A stretch of 34,428 nucleotides of DNA from an uncultured Candidatus Saccharibacteria bacterium (GCA_964552275.1 CAZKFS010000002.1:1-34428), one strand, 5' to 3'; counted from the first letter of the stretch, positions 6,273-17,712 are shown. The notes: generated from the sequence alone by a model not told the origin. Numbers and translations are program-made.

Positions 6273-9200
6273 ATGAACAAAACATCTGCACGTCCACAGA
6301 AATTTTTTGGTCGTTTCAAACAGCCTAGAATTGAAACACCGAATTTTGTTGAACCTCAAATAGATTCTTTCAAATGGTTGATAGAAAAAGGCCTAAAAGA
6401 GGTTTTTGAAGAATTTTCTTCTATAAAAGATTATTCAGAAAAGAAATTTACACTAGATTTTACTGGTTTCGAGTTAGACAGTCCAAAGTATGATGAATAT
6501 CATGCAAAAGACAACAAACTATCATACGAAGCTCCACTAAAAGTAAAAGTTAAGTTAAAGAACCACATTCTTGGTACAGAGAAGGAACAAGAGATTTTCA
6601 TGGCGGATTTCCCACTCATGACTTCTCACGGTACATTTATTATATCTGGTGTTGAAAGAGTTATCGTTCCTCAGCTTGCTCGTTCATATGGAGTGTTTTT
6701 CACAGCTTCTGATGTAAAAGGCAGACAACTTTTTGGTGCAAAAATAATTCCATCACGAGGTGCTTGGGTAGAAATAGAGTCCGATGCAGACGGAACTATA
6801 TTTGTTCGTATTGATAGAAAAAGAAAGTTTGCCGTCACAACACTTTTGCGTGTTTTGGGTGCAAAAGATGATGAATCTATAAAGAAATTATTTGCAAATG
6901 ATGCTTTCGGACTAGCTTCTATAGAGAAAACTTTGCTAAAAGATCACGGCAAGTCTGTGGACGAGGCTTTTATAGAAATACACAAGAGACTTAGAGATGG
7001 TGATCTAGCTACGGCAGAAAACGCAAAAGAATTTGTCATGTCTATTTTTGAAGGAGAGAGATACGACCTTTCTCCTGTTGGAAGATACATGTTCAACAAA
7101 CGTTTTGGTAAGAAAATGGATGATAAGGAGTTGAAAAGAAAAACTCTATCACTTGAGGATATTGCTACAATAATATCTAACATAGCTCTTCTAAACAACA
7201 CTCCTAACGCTGTTCAGGACGATATCGACCACCTAGGAACTAGAAGAGTTAGATTTGTTGGTGAACTTTTCCAGCAAAAGATCCGAACTGGTATGGCTCA
7301 GATAAAGAGAAACATCCAGAACAGAATGTCTACTATAGATACAGACGTTACTCTTCCTGTTCAATTCATTTCTCCGAAACCACTTCAGGCACGTATTAAA
7401 GAGTTCTTTACTACAAACCAGCTATCTCACTTTATGGATCAGACAAATCCTCTTTCTGAGATCGAGTATCTTCGAACACTATCTGCTCTTGGTCCAGGAG
7501 GTCTAAACCGTACTCGAGCCGGATTTGAAGTTCGTGACGTTCACACATCTCACTATGGAAGACTTTGCCCTATCAACACACCCGAAGGTCCAAACATTGG
7601 TCTTGTTTTGCGTCTAGCTATCTATGCTCGTATAAACAGTTTTGGAATGATCGAAACTCCATATGCAAAAGTAAAAAATGGAAAGGTTACATCTGAAATT
7701 CAATATCTAAACGCTGGAGAGGAAGAAGGATTTGCTATTGCCCACGCCGCAACTCCAGTTGCAGAGGATGGAAAAATTCTAGTTGATGAAGTTGAAGTTA
7801 GAATAGAAGGAAACCCAAGCACTGTTTCAAAAGACAAAGTAGATTTTATTGATGTTGCAACAAATCAAGCTTTTTCTATTGCAACTTCTATGATTCCTTT
7901 CCTAAACCATGACGAAGCAAGTAGAGCGCTCATGGCATCAAACATGCAGAGACAAGCAACACCTTGTATTATTCCAGAAGCACCTCTAGTTGCTACAGGA
8001 ATGGAAGCAGATGCTTTGAAAGATACAGGAAGATTGGTCATAGCTACTGAGGATGGAGTTGTAACACATGCAGATGGGTTAAAAGTTGCTGTTAAGAACA
8101 GTAAGGGCAAGGAAGTCGAGCACAACCTTGTTAGATTTTCACGTACAAACAACTTCACAGCTTTTCATCAGAGACCATCTGTAAATGTTGGTGACAAAGT
8201 TAAAAAAGGAGACATTCTTGCAGACACTTCTTCTAGTGAGAACGGACAATCTGCTATAGGTCAAAATATGTTAGTGGCTTTCATGTCATGGAGTGGTTCA
8301 AACTATGAAGACGCTATTATTCTTTCTGAAAGAGTTGTAAAGAACAGTAAATTTACATCAATACATATAGAAGAGTTTGTTGTTAGTGTTCGAGATACAA
8401 AACTTGGTCCAGAAGTAACAACATGCGATATTCCAAACGTTGGAGAAAGTAAGTTAAAGAACCTAGCCGAAGACGGTATAGTTCAAGTTGGAGCAGAGGT
8501 TAGACCAGGAGATATTTTGGTTGGAAAGATCACTCCAAAAGGAGAGACTCAGTTAACACCAGAAGAGAGACTACTTCGATCACTATTCGGTGAGAAAGCT
8601 CACGATGTAAAAGATACATCAAAGAGAATGGAAGGTGGAAAGAGAGGAAGAGTTATCAAGGTTCAAATTTTCTCAAGAGAAAAGGGAGATAAACTTGATT
8701 CTGGAATAATAAAAAGAATTCACATTGAAGTTGCCCAACTTAGAAATGTTTCTGTTGGAGACAAGCTAGCTGGACGACACGGAAACAAAGGTGTTATCTC
8801 AAGAATTCTTCCAGAAGAAGATATGCCATATATGGAAGACGGTACACCTATAGATGTTATTCTAACTCCACTTGGTGTGCCTTCTCGTATGAACTTGGGA
8901 CAGATTTTGGAATTGCATTTGGGTCTAGCCGCAAACACATTGGGTTACCAAGCTATAGTTCCTCCTTTTGCCGGTGCGACAGGAGAAGAAATAAGAAGCG
9001 AATTAAAAAATGCAGGTTTTTCTGAGACTGGAAAGATGAAACTGTTTGACGGAAGAACTGGAGAAATTTTTGAGCAGGAAGTAGCTGTTGGTTATATGTA
9101 CATAATGAAGTTGCATCACATGGTTGAGGACAAGATCCATATGAGATCAATCGGACCATACTCTCTTATCACACAACAGCCTCTTGGAGGAAAAGCTCAG

Positions 9201-9473
9201 AACGGAGGACAGAGATTTGGAGAAATGGAAGTGTGGGCTTTGCTTGGTCACGGAGCAGCACATACTCTGCAAGAAATATTAACTATAAAATCTGACGATA
9301 TTATAGGTAGATCAGCAGCGTTTGATGCAATAGTGAAAGGATTACCGATCACTCAACTCAACACACCGGCGTCCTTTAACGTTTTGCTAAACAACCTTCG
9401 AGGTTTGGCGTTAGATGTTCAGATTAAAAAAGGGTCGAAAGAAATATTAGACGGTCAAAATAATATAGCTTAA
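6273..9473 (+). CDS. rpoB: DNA-directed RNA polymerase subunit beta
   Basis: 1066 aa. Contains the conserved blocks NPLSEIEYLRTLSALGPGGL, GDKLAGRHGNKGVIS, MNLGQILE and GGQRFGEMEVWAL. Confidence 0.97.
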   Translation: MNKTSARPQKFFGRFKQPRIETPNFVEPQIDSFKWLIEKGLKEVFEEFSSIKDYSEKKFTLDFTGFELDSPKYDEYHAKDNKLSYEAPLKVKVKLKNHILGTEKEQEIFMADFPLMTSHGTFIISGVERVIVPQLARSYGVFFTASDVKGRQLFGAKIIPSRGAWVEIESDADGTIFVRIDRKRKFAVTTLLRVLGAKDDESIKKLFANDAFGLASIEKTLLKDHGKSVDEAFIEIHKRLRDGDLATAENAKEFVMSIFEGERYDLSPVGRYMFNKRFGKKMDDKELKRKTLSLEDIATIISNIALLNNTPNAVQDDIDHLGTRRVRFVGELFQQKIRTGMAQIKRNIQNRMSTIDTDVTLPVQFISPKPLQARIKEFFTTNQLSHFMDQTNPLSEIEYLRTLSALGPGGLNRTRAGFEVRDVHTSHYGRLCPINTPEGPNIGLVLRLAIYARINSFGMIETPYAKVKNGKVTSEIQYLNAGEEEGFAIAHAATPVAEDGKILVDEVEVRIEGNPSTVSKDKVDFIDVATNQAFSIATSMIPFLNHDEASRALMASNMQRQATPCIIPEAPLVATGMEADALKDTGRLVIATEDGVVTHADGLKVAVKNSKGKEVEHNLVRFSRTNNFTAFHQRPSVNVGDKVKKGDILADTSSSENGQSAIGQNMLVAFMSWSGSNYEDAIILSERVVKNSKFTSIHIEEFVVSVRDTKLGPEVTTCDIPNVGESKLKNLAEDGIVQVGAEVRPGDILVGKITPKGETQLTPEERLLRSLFGEKAHDVKDTSKRMEGGKRGRVIKVQIFSREKGDKLDSGIIKRIHIEVAQLRNVSVGDKLAGRHGNKGVISRILPEEDMPYMEDGTPIDVILTPLGVPSRMNLGQILELHLGLAANTLGYQAIVPPFAGATGEEIRSELKNAGFSETGKMKLFDGRTGEIFEQEVAVGYMYIMKLHHMVEDKIHMRSIGPYSLITQQPLGGKAQNGGQRFGEMEVWALLGHGAAHTLQEILTIKSDDIIGRSAAFDAIVKGLPITQLNTPASFNVLLNNLRGLALDVQIKKGSKEILDGQNNIA

Positions 9474-9490
9474 TCTCAAATTAAAAAAAT

Positions 9491-12400
9491 ATGAAAACAA
9501 GAACAACAACAGACGCAAACGATTTCGAGACAATAGCACTCAAAGTGGCTTCTCCAGAGAGAATCAAAGAGTGGTCTTTTGGTGAAGTTACAAAACCAGA
9601 AACAATAAACTATCGTACACAGAGATCAGAGAAGAACGGTCTATTTGATGAAAAGATTTTTGGTCCAGACAAAGACTACGAGTGTTACTGCGGTAAATAC
9701 AGAGGTATACGTTACAAAGGTATTATCTGTGAGAAATGTGGAGTTGAAATAACTCGATCTATAGTTCGACGTGAGAGAATGGGACATATTGAGCTCGCTA
9801 CAGTTGTTTCACATATTTGGTTTTTGAAATCAATGCCAAGTAGAATAAGTGCAGTTTTGGGAATCCCAACTGCAGATATTGAGAAAGTTATATATTTTGC
9901 TGGATATATAGTTACAAAAGTTTCAGAAGAGGATAGAACTAGATATTTGAAAGATCTTGATTCTGAATACAAAGCAAAAGTTAAATCTCTCCAAGATGAA
10001 AAAACAAAGGAAGCGGTAAAGGAAATGTTGCTTAATGCAAAGAGAGAAATCGAATCAATTCAAGAGGGTAGAGTTTTGGATGAAGTAGAGTACTACAACT
10101 TTGGAATGAAATACGGAACTATGTTCGAGGCATCTATTGGAGCTGAGGCAATCTATAACATATTTAAAAAATTAGATTTACAGAAACTTCTAGGACAACT
10201 AAAGCAAGAGTTGGAAAAAGCTAGTAGCTTAGAGTCTGTAAAAATAAGCAAGAGAATTGGACTGATTAGTTCAATGATAAATTCTAATACTCGTCCTGAA
10301 TGGATGTTCCTTACATCTATTCCTGTTATACCCCCAGCGCTTAGACCTATGGTCCCGCTTGATGGAGGAAGATATGCAACATCAGATGTAAATGATTTGT
10401 ACAGAAGAGTTATAAACCGAAACAATCGTTTGAAGAAGTTGAAAGAAATTCATGCTCCAGATGTTATTTTGAGAAACGAAAAGAGAATCCTACAAGAAGC
10501 TGTAGATGCACTTATCGACAACTCCATAAGACATGGTTCTGCATCAGGTGCGGTGAATCAAAGTCAGAGACGACCTCTCAAATCTCTAGCTGATAACCTT
10601 AAGGGTAAAAGAGGTATATTCCGTCAAAACCTACTTGGTAAAAGAGTGGATTACTCAGGACGTTCTGTGATCGTTGTTGGTCCAGACCTTCACCTAAATC
10701 AATGTGGTCTTCCAAAGCACATGGCTCTTGAACTATTTAAACCTTTTGTTATTTCTGAACTTCTACAAAAAGAACTAGCATACAACATCCGTGGAGCAAG
10801 TAAGCTTATCGAGGATGGTATCGCAGAAGTTTGGGCTATTTTGGAAGACGTTATTTCAAACAGATACGTTTTGCTAAACAGAGCTCCTACTCTACACAGA
10901 CTTGGTATTCAAGCTTTCAAACCAATCCTTATTGAGGGTAACGCTATCCAAGTTCACCCACTTGTTTGTTCAGCTTTCAACGCTGACTTCGACGGTGACC
11001 AGATGGCCGTACACGTTCCTCTTTCTGATGAGGCACAAATGGAAGCTAGAGAAATAATGGCTTCAAGTAGAAACATATTGAAACCAGGTTCAGGAGATCC
11101 TACAGTTTCTGCAAAAATGCTCGATATTACTTTGGGTTGTTACTGGATGACAAAAGAAATCGTTGGTGACAAAGGTGAGGGTAAGTTTTTCTCATCTCCT
11201 AACGCAGCAATAACAGCTTATGATCTTGGAGCAGTATCATTTAGAGCAAAAATAAAAGTTCTTCCAACAGAGGCAGAAAAGTATAAACAATTTGAAGGAA
11301 AAATATTTGATACTACAGTAGGAAGATTGTTGTTCAACTCTGTTCTTCCAAACGACTATCCTTTCATAAACAACGAAGTCGACAGAAAAAAGATTTCTGG
11401 ATTGGTTGATGAACTCATCGAAAAATACGGAATAGAGAACGTTCCACCTATCATAGACAAGATAAAATCTTTCGGATTCAAGTATGCAACTCACTCAGGT
11501 GTTACTTGGGGTCTGGATGATGTGGTTATACCAGAAGGTAAAAAAGACATAATAAGCAAATCAAAAGCTAAAGCAGACGCTATAGTAGAACACTTTAACT
11601 CAGGTCTTATTTCAAAAGATGAAAGAATAAGACAAACAATCGAAATCTGGCACAGTGCAAAAATGGAAGTTGAAAAACTTATGCCAGGTGCGCTACCAAA
11701 GAACGGTTCAGTATTGGACATGGTTCTTTCTGGAACTAGAGGTTCGATGTCTAACATCACTCAGATGGCAGGTATGAAAGGACTTATCGCAAACAACGCC
11801 GGTGAAACTATAGAATTCCCGATTCTATCTTGTTCAAAAGAAGGACTTACACCACTAGAGTACTTTATTACTACACACGGTTCACGAAAAGGTTTGACTG
11901 ACACAGCTCTAAACACAGCTAAATCAGGTTACCTAACTCGTAAAATGTTCGTTGTGGCACAGGATACTATTATCAACGAAGAGGATTGTGGTACAAAAGA
12001 GGGAATCATAATAGACAAAAATGCTATTTCTGGAATAGAGGTATCTATCGCTAAACACATCAGAGGACGATTTATTTCTGAAGATATTGTTACAAAAGAA
12101 GGAAAAGTTTTGTTCAAAAAAGGTGATTTGTTGAGCAAAAAAGATGCATTGTTTGTTGAAGCTAGTGGCGTTACTTCTGTCACTGTTAGATCACCACTTT
12201 CATGTAAAACTCTAAATGGTATTTGTGTTAAGTGTTACGGTGTTGATCTAGGAAGAAATAAAGTAGTTGATCTTGGTGAAGCTGTAGGAACAGTTGCCGG
12301 TCAAGCTATTGGTGAACCTGGTACTCAGTTGACTATGAACACAAAACACGCCGGTGCCGCATCAGTTTCTGGAGACATTGTGCAAGGCCTTCCTCGTGTT

Positions 12401-13162
12401 GAGGAGTTGTTCGAAAAGAGAAAGCCAAAGAACCCTGCAGTGGTAGCTTCAGTTTCTGGTACTATTTCAGAAATCAGACAAAATGATAAAGAAAAAGTTA
12501 TTGTTGTAACTCCAAACATTGAAGACAGAGTAAAATCAAAAGATAGAATCGAATACCAAGTTTCTCTAAACAGAACTATATTTGTTAAAGTTGGTAATGA
12601 AATAAAGAAAGGAGACATAATAACAGACGGTTCTGCTGATATTGATGAGTTGTACAAATACGCTGGCAAAGACAAAACAATAGACTATATTATTCACGAA
12701 ATAAATAAACCATACGAACTTCAAGGAGAAACTGTATCTAGAAAACACATTGAAACAATCGTAAGACAGATGATCTCAAGAAAGAAAATAAAAACTGCTG
12801 GAGACACTGTTTTCTTGGAAGGTGATATCGTGGAGGCTTCTTTCTTGGCTGAAGAAAATGCAAGAGTAAAAGCTCTAGGACTAACAGAAGCTAAAGCAGA
12901 AGGTGTGGTTATGGGTATCGGAGACGTATCTCTTTCACGAAGAAGTTTCCTTGCTGCTGCTTCCTTCCAGCACACAACTAAGATGCTTATCTCAGGTGCT
13001 ATAAGAGGTAATGCTGACAGACTAGTTGGACTTATGGAAAACGTTATTATCGGTAGACTTATTCCAGCGGGTACAGGATTCAAGGGTAGTAGAAAAGCAA
13101 AGATGATAGCGGATATGAGAGAAGCTAGACCAGTAGTTTATCCGGAAAACAGATTTCAGTAA
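9491..13162 (+). CDS. rpoC: DNA-directed RNA polymerase subunit beta'
   Basis: 1223 aa. Zinc-binding CYCGKY...CEKCGVE and catalytic NADFDGDQMAVH. It starts 17 nt after rpoB with no SD. Confidence 0.97.
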   Translation: MKTRTTTDANDFETIALKVASPERIKEWSFGEVTKPETINYRTQRSEKNGLFDEKIFGPDKDYECYCGKYRGIRYKGIICEKCGVEITRSIVRRERMGHIELATVVSHIWFLKSMPSRISAVLGIPTADIEKVIYFAGYIVTKVSEEDRTRYLKDLDSEYKAKVKSLQDEKTKEAVKEMLLNAKREIESIQEGRVLDEVEYYNFGMKYGTMFEASIGAEAIYNIFKKLDLQKLLGQLKQELEKASSLESVKISKRIGLISSMINSNTRPEWMFLTSIPVIPPALRPMVPLDGGRYATSDVNDLYRRVINRNNRLKKLKEIHAPDVILRNEKRILQEAVDALIDNSIRHGSASGAVNQSQRRPLKSLADNLKGKRGIFRQNLLGKRVDYSGRSVIVVGPDLHLNQCGLPKHMALELFKPFVISELLQKELAYNIRGASKLIEDGIAEVWAILEDVISNRYVLLNRAPTLHRLGIQAFKPILIEGNAIQVHPLVCSAFNADFDGDQMAVHVPLSDEAQMEAREIMASSRNILKPGSGDPTVSAKMLDITLGCYWMTKEIVGDKGEGKFFSSPNAAITAYDLGAVSFRAKIKVLPTEAEKYKQFEGKIFDTTVGRLLFNSVLPNDYPFINNEVDRKKISGLVDELIEKYGIENVPPIIDKIKSFGFKYATHSGVTWGLDDVVIPEGKKDIISKSKAKADAIVEHFNSGLISKDERIRQTIEIWHSAKMEVEKLMPGALPKNGSVLDMVLSGTRGSMSNITQMAGMKGLIANNAGETIEFPILSCSKEGLTPLEYFITTHGSRKGLTDTALNTAKSGYLTRKMFVVAQDTIINEEDCGTKEGIIIDKNAISGIEVSIAKHIRGRFISEDIVTKEGKVLFKKGDLLSKKDALFVEASGVTSVTVRSPLSCKTLNGICVKCYGVDLGRNKVVDLGEAVGTVAGQAIGEPGTQLTMNTKHAGAASVSGDIVQGLPRVEELFEKRKPKNPAVVASVSGTISEIRQNDKEKVIVVTPNIEDRVKSKDRIEYQVSLNRTIFVKVGNEIKKGDIITDGSADIDELYKYAGKDKTIDYIIHEINKPYELQGETVSRKHIETIVRQMISRKKIKTAGDTVFLEGDIVEASFLAEENARVKALGLTEAKAEGVVMGIGDVSLSRRSFLAAASFQHTTKMLISGAIRGNADRLVGLMENVIIGRLIPAGTGFKGSRKAKMIADMREARPVVYPENRFQ

Positions 13163-13267
13163 GTTCGTTTAAAAAACAGAATATAGAGAGGGTCATATAC
13201 TTTTCACCACTATAGAAAAGATCAGCCCTACGTGTACAAGTTTTGTTGGTGTTATTGCAAAACATAC

Positions 13268-14998
13268 ATGTCATCATCTGTTGATCAAATCAAATCAAAA
13301 ATAGATATAGTTTCACTCATCAGCTCTTATATAAAGCTGGAAAAAGCAGGTGGAAACTTTAAAGGAAGGTGTCCTTTTCATAACGAGAAGACGCCATCCT
13401 TTTTCGTATCTCCTGATCGTGGTAACTACTATTGTTTTGGGTGTCAGGCAAAGGGGGACATATTCACTTTCGTCCAAGAATTTGAAGGACTGGATTTTAT
13501 AGGATCGCTAAAAGTTTTGGCAGACAAAGCTGGGGTAAAACTAGAGCAGTTTGATCGTGGTGATAAAACAGAAAAAGAAAGATTGTTTACTGTTTTGGAG
13601 CAGGCAGTTTTGTTTTATCAGAAAAAACTTTTGGGGGACAAATCTGCTCTAGATTATTTGCATGGCCGGGGAATAAAAGACGAGACAATAAACGAATTTA
13701 GACTTGGATTGGCGCCTCTCGAGTGGAGAGATCTCTACGAATATCTGTTGAGTAAAAATATCACACCTAGAGACATGTTGTCTGTTGGTTTGATAAAGAG
13801 AAAAGAGGGCACACAAGATTCGTACTATGATACCTTTCGAGGAAGAGTAGTATTTCCTATAGCGGATTCGTCTGGAAGAGTTGTCGGATTTTCTGGGAGA
13901 ATATTGGTCCCAGATGAAAAATCTCCGAAATATTTGAACAGTCCAGAAACAGAACTTTTTAACAAATCAGAAATTCTTTTCGGTTTAGACAAAGCCAAAA
14001 AGGATATTCGATTAAAGGATTATTCTATTCTAGTTGAGGGACAAATGGATCTTGTTATGTTGCATCAGGTAGGAATCACGAATACAGTCGCTTCTTCTGG
14101 CACAGCTCTTACTTCAGATCACCTGATAAAACTTAGAAGACTTTCAAATCGTATCATCATGGCATATGACGGTGATTCTGCAGGTTTTTCTGCATCAAAC
14201 CGTTCTGCTCAAATAGCCCTTTCTCTCGGGATGGAACTAAAAGTTGCACAGATGCCACAGGGGAAAGATCCAGCAGATTTGGCCAAAGATGACATCGAGG
14301 AATTAAAAAACAGTTTAAAAAACGCAAAGCATATTATTGATTTCTACACTGACTCCCTTATTTCTAGGTCCGTTAATCCTCGAGAACTTGGTGAAGAGAT
14401 TAGAAAAAATGTTTTGCCTTATATAGCTATACTACCAAGCACTATAGAGAAATCACATTTTATAAAAAGTATTGCTCAAAAAGCTTTCATAAAAGAGGAG
14501 GCTCTTTGGGATGATCTAAAAAATGTTGGTCAAGAAGACGTGGCCAGACAGCAGACTAGAGTAGAATCTTCACCGCCAACTCCCAGAGTTGATATCATAG
14601 AACGCAAAGTTCTAGGATTTCTAATGTGGCAAGAGCAGGTGAAAGAAAAAGATTTAAATATAAACATAGGAGAGATAAAGAAAAAAGTAGAGGGGATAAT
14701 AGGAGTCAGGATAAAAGATTTGGAAAAAGAGTTGGAGAAGGAAAAAGATTTACTACTGTTCGAGATAGAAAGTTATTACAGCAACAAAGCCGACTTGTCT
14801 CGAGATCTGGATGAACTCATAGTTGGACTTGAGGAGGAATATTTAAAAAAGGAGTTCGGAGAGGTTATGTTGAAACTACAGAGAGCAGAACAAACCAAAG
14901 ACAGCAGTGAAGTTTTAAAATATTTAGAGGATTGTCAACGTATTTCACAGAGAATAAACACAATTAAAACAATAAAAAACGCTTATGAAAAAAAATAA
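13268..14998 (+). CDS. dnaG: DNA primase
   Basis: CHC2 zinc finger [17 protein letters not shown] and TOPRIM motifs VEGQMD and [11 protein letters not shown] 13268 is preferred over the upstream in-frame GTG 13232 because the family N-terminus starts there. Confidence 0.9.
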   Translation: MSSSVDQIKSKIDIVSLISSYIKLEKAGGNFKGRCPFHNEKTPSFFVSPDRGNYYCFGCQAKGDIFTFVQEFEGLDFIGSLKVLADKAGVKLEQFDRGDKTEKERLFTVLEQAVLFYQKKLLGDKSALDYLHGRGIKDETINEFRLGLAPLEWRDLYEYLLSKNITPRDMLSVGLIKRKEGTQDSYYDTFRGRVVFPIADSSGRVVGFSGRILVPDEKSPKYLNSPETELFNKSEILFGLDKAKKDIRLKDYSILVEGQMDLVMLHQVGITNTVASSGTALTSDHLIKLRRLSNRIIMAYDGDSAGFSASNRSAQIALSLGMELKVAQMPQGKDPADLAKDDIEELKNSLKNAKHIIDFYTDSLISRSVNPRELGEEIRKNVLPYIAILPSTIEKSHFIKSIAQKAFIKEEALWDDLKNVGQEDVARQQTRVESSPPTPRVDIIERKVLGFLMWQEQVKEKDLNINIGEIKKKVEGIIGVRIKDLEKELEKEKDLLLFEIESYYSNKADLSRDLDELIVGLEEEYLKKEFGEVMLKLQRAEQTKDSSEVLKYLEDCQRISQRINTIKTIKNAYEKK

Positions 14999-16274
14999 AA
15001 AATCAAAAGTTAAGGCAAAGCCTAAAAAACAAATAAAAAAAGTTAAGTCTTCAGAAAAGCCAACGAAGCGCAAGCTAAAACAGAAGAAAATTGTGGTTCC
15101 TAAAATACGTGCAAAAAAGAAAAACAAATCTTCTTTGGCTATGAGGGCTGCAAAAACCCCAGATAAAAAATCTGCAGTAGTTTTGAAAAAGGCCGACAAG
15201 CAAAGTCAGGGCATGGAGAAACTTCTTCATAAGGGTAAAGAGCGAGGTTACATAACATATGATGAGATCCTAAAAGAATTTCCAACTGTAGAAGAAGACA
15301 TTCTGTTTCTAGATGAACTTTATGAAAAACTCTCTGTGGCTGGAGTTGATGTTTTGGAAGGCGGTGGACTTCTCGAAGCTCCATCTACAGATGATCTGGT
15401 TAGTAAAAAATATGCGTACGGTAAGAACATGGAGTCGTCTTATGACTCTATACAGATGTATTTGAAAGAAATAGGACAGTATCAGCTTATTTCTGGTGGA
15501 ACAGAAAAAGAGTTAGCGAGACGTATTCAAGCTGGTGATGAGGAAGCAAAGAATTTGCTTGCTAGAGCGAACCTTCGTCTAGTGGTTTCTATTGCAAAGA
15601 AATACGCGAACAGATCAGCGGACCTAACTTTGCTAGATCTTATCCAAGAGGGTAACCTTGGCCTTTTCAAGGCGGTAGATAAATTCGATTGGACAAAGGG
15701 TTACAAGTTTTCAACTTATGCTACATGGTGGATTCGTCAGGCCATAACTCGTGCTTTGGCAGATCAATCCAGAACGATTCGTGTTCCTGTGCACATGGTA
15801 GAGACTATAGCTAAATATAAACAAGTCGTCCGAAGACTTTCTCAAGATTTGGGCAGAGATCCTTTGCCAGAGGAGATTGCAGTTGAGATGAACCTCCCAG
15901 TTGATAAAGTTTATACAATAGAAAAAATCGACCAAAGTACACTCTCTCTAGAAACACCTATTGGTGAAGAAGGGGATGATAGTAAAAGTAAACTGGGAGA
16001 TTTTCTAGCTGATGACAAAATACTTTCTCCAGATCAAGAATCATCACGTCGTATAATCTCCGATCAAGTAAAAGAAATTCTCAATGACTTACCAGAAAAA
16101 GAAAGAAAAATACTAGAACTCCGACACGGACTTGTTGACGGTGTGACACATACACTAGAAGAAGTGGGTAAAGAGTTTGGTGTTACTCGTGAGCGTATAC
16201 GACAGATCGAAGCAAAAGCACACGAAAAAATCCGACAGCATGACAAAATCAACAGACTTCGTAACTATTATTAA
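14985..16274 (+). CDS. rpoD: RNA polymerase sigma factor RpoD (sigma70 family) with Lys-rich N-terminal extension
   Basis: Region 2 is [35 protein letters not shown] and region 4 is [20 protein letters not shown]. It overlaps the dnaG stop by 14 nt. Alternative starts are ATG 15142 and ATG 15213. Confidence 0.9.
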   Translation: MKKNKKSKVKAKPKKQIKKVKSSEKPTKRKLKQKKIVVPKIRAKKKNKSSLAMRAAKTPDKKSAVVLKKADKQSQGMEKLLHKGKERGYITYDEILKEFPTVEEDILFLDELYEKLSVAGVDVLEGGGLLEAPSTDDLVSKKYAYGKNMESSYDSIQMYLKEIGQYQLISGGTEKELARRIQAGDEEAKNLLARANLRLVVSIAKKYANRSADLTLLDLIQEGNLGLFKAVDKFDWTKGYKFSTYATWWIRQAITRALADQSRTIRVPVHMVETIAKYKQVVRRLSQDLGRDPLPEEIAVEMNLPVDKVYTIEKIDQSTLSLETPIGEEGDDSKSKLGDFLADDKILSPDQESSRRIISDQVKEILNDLPEKERKILELRHGLVDGVTHTLEEVGKEFGVTRERIRQIEAKAHEKIRQHDKINRLRNYY

Positions 16275-16425
16275 ATAAACTTCCAAATCTGGCGAACTCC
16301 TTGTTTCGTATTTAGAAATATTCGTCACCTTACGAGATGTAAGGCTCCTCACATTTCCAAATCCTCAACATCGGATTTCATCCAGATTATGAAAGTTTGT
16401 GGTATCTCGCGTAAACCACAATCTA

Positions 16426-16453
16426 TTGACAAAAATATTTTTAGTTATATAAT
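16426..16453 (+). promoter_or_regulatory. near-consensus sigma70 promoter of island C (TTGACA - 16 nt - TATAAT)
   Basis: TTGACA at 16426-16431 and TATAAT at 16448-16453, lying in AT-rich DNA immediately before the GC-rich ORF. Confidence 0.7.
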
Positions 16454-16506
16454 AGAGTGTAGAAATTTTACAGAGGCAGTTGGTGCTTCTGTGTTTGGAG
16501 GATACA

Positions 16507-17157
16507 GTGGTAAAGAGTGTGATGATGGTTTGTGTTGCCTTGATGATGGTTTCCGTGGCTTCGGCTCAGGACAGCTTCAAGGTGACGACTGTTTCCATCG
16601 GATCGGGGGAAACCCCGATTACTGGTGGAGTCTCGGCTTCCGTCGATCTATCGACGGAGACAGGCGGTTACATTCAGATCATGGCCCAGAGCCAGCAGGC
16701 CTGGTTCATGATGGGCAAGGACTGGAAGTTCGGCAGCGGACACAAGTGTTCGCTGTACGGATCAGTGGGTCACTTCCAATCGGCCCCATGGGTCGGACCG
16801 TATGCCGGTTGCAATCTGAACGTCGCCAAGGTGTTTGGTCAGGACGTCGTGATCGGCGCCCTCACCTGGCCAGGCTGGTACATCGGTCGAGAACCGATGG
16901 ACTGGCAGAACGACGGGGTGAAGAATACCGAGGCTACCTACGTTGGGTACTTCTCAATGGCCACAGCTTCGATCGGAGCACTTCAGCTAAGTTTGTCTCA
17001 TCTGAACTTTCTCGATGAGCCGACGAACTGGTTGCCCGGTGTCGGCTACAATCAGAAAGTCAGGTCAGATACGGAAGTCACGGGAAACGTGACTTGGAAT
17101 CCCAATGCCGATCGCGCCATGTATTACATCGGCGTCGTGTGGCATCCGAAGAAGTGA
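16507..17157 (+). CDS. hypothetical secreted protein, beta-rich, Gly/Trp/Tyr-rich (GC-rich island C)
   Basis: GGAGG at 16497-16501 lies 5 nt before the in-frame GTG 16507. The signal-peptide-like N-terminus is VKSVMMVCVALMMVSVASA/QD. Strong C/G third-position bias. Terminator downstream. No family recognised. Confidence 0.65.
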   Translation: MVKSVMMVCVALMMVSVASAQDSFKVTTVSIGSGETPITGGVSASVDLSTETGGYIQIMAQSQQAWFMMGKDWKFGSGHKCSLYGSVGHFQSAPWVGPYAGCNLNVAKVFGQDVVIGALTWPGWYIGREPMDWQNDGVKNTEATYVGYFSMATASIGALQLSLSHLNFLDEPTNWLPGVGYNQKVRSDTEVTGNVTWNPNADRAMYYIGVVWHPKK

Positions 17158-17164
17158 GTGCAGT

Positions 17165-17216
17165 CTCGTGTTGTGTGGAGCCAGAATATCGGCTCCATCA
17201 GCACGAGGCTTTTTTG
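17165..17216 (+). terminator. nested-hairpin intrinsic terminator, copy 1 of a duplicated module
   Basis: Inner stem GGAGCC agaatatc GGCTCC and outer stem CTCGTGTTG / CAGCACGAG, then TTTTTT. Positions 17175-17219 are identical to 17723-17767. Confidence 0.8.
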
Positions 17217-17244
17217 TTTAATAACTAATTATTATTTTGAAAAG

Positions 17245-17272
17245 TTTACAAAATTCAAATAAATGATATGGT
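17245..17272 (+). promoter_or_regulatory. promoter of island D (TTTACA - 16 nt - TGaTATGGT extended -10)
   Basis: TTTACA at 17245-17250, TG at 17264-17265 and TATGGT at 17267-17272. Confidence 0.55.
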
Positions 17273-17291
17273 TTAAAAAGAGGGGTGATGC

Positions 17292-17705
17292 ATGATTGAC
17301 CTGCTGACTTACTCAGCCATCTCTGGTGTCTTGTTCGGACTGTGGCCACTTTTCATGCAGAGAAGTGGTATCAAGAACGTCGACGTCTCAACTGTCGTCA
17401 TGGAGATGATTGTTCTCGCGGTCCTGCTTCCTTTTGGACTCAGAAACGTGAGTACGTTCGACTGGACCCAGATGAGTTGGGTCTACACCATACTAGCATC
17501 CGTTTCCGCAGCTTTCGGGGTTCTCATCTTCAATACTGGATTGTCCAAATCTAGTGATGTGACACTCAGCACGTACTTTGTGGTGATGATAGTCATACAG
17601 ACTAGCGTTCCTGCCGTTTATGAAGTTTTTAAGAATGGCATGAGCGTATCGAAATTCATAGGATTTATGTTGGCAGGTCTTGCAGCGTACTTCCTGTTGA
17701 AGTGA
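17292..17705 (+). CDS. small 4-TM membrane protein, single EamA/DMT-like domain (GC-rich island D)
   Basis: 137 aa with four hydrophobic helices. AGAGGGGTGA SD upstream of the ATG. C-ending codons. The EamA-like assignment is tentative. Confidence 0.6.
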   Translation: MIDLLTYSAISGVLFGLWPLFMQRSGIKNVDVSTVVMEMIVLAVLLPFGLRNVSTFDWTQMSWVYTILASVSAAFGVLIFNTGLSKSSDVTLSTYFVVMIVIQTSVPAVYEVFKNGMSVSKFIGFMLAGLAAYFLLK

Positions 17706-17712
17706 GCGAGTT

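Noticed and set aside
10116-10126. Other GAAC...GTTC near-palindromes (10116-10126 with N3, 14600-14612 with N5, 18509-18521 with N5)
   Set aside because: The spacer length is wrong for a Cheo-type SOS box, and all lie inside coding sequence.
6944-13083. Numerous 60-120 aa minus-strand ORFs inside rpoB and rpoC
   Set aside because: They are antisense to unambiguous conserved genes, have no start context, and have hydrophobic or Ser-rich junk composition.
16389-17018. 209-aa alternative-frame ORF overlapping the island C gene
   Set aside because: It has no SD. Its Arg/Gly-rich composition is typical of an off-frame reading of GC-rich coding DNA. The 16507-17157 frame has the SD, signal peptide and C/G third-position bias.
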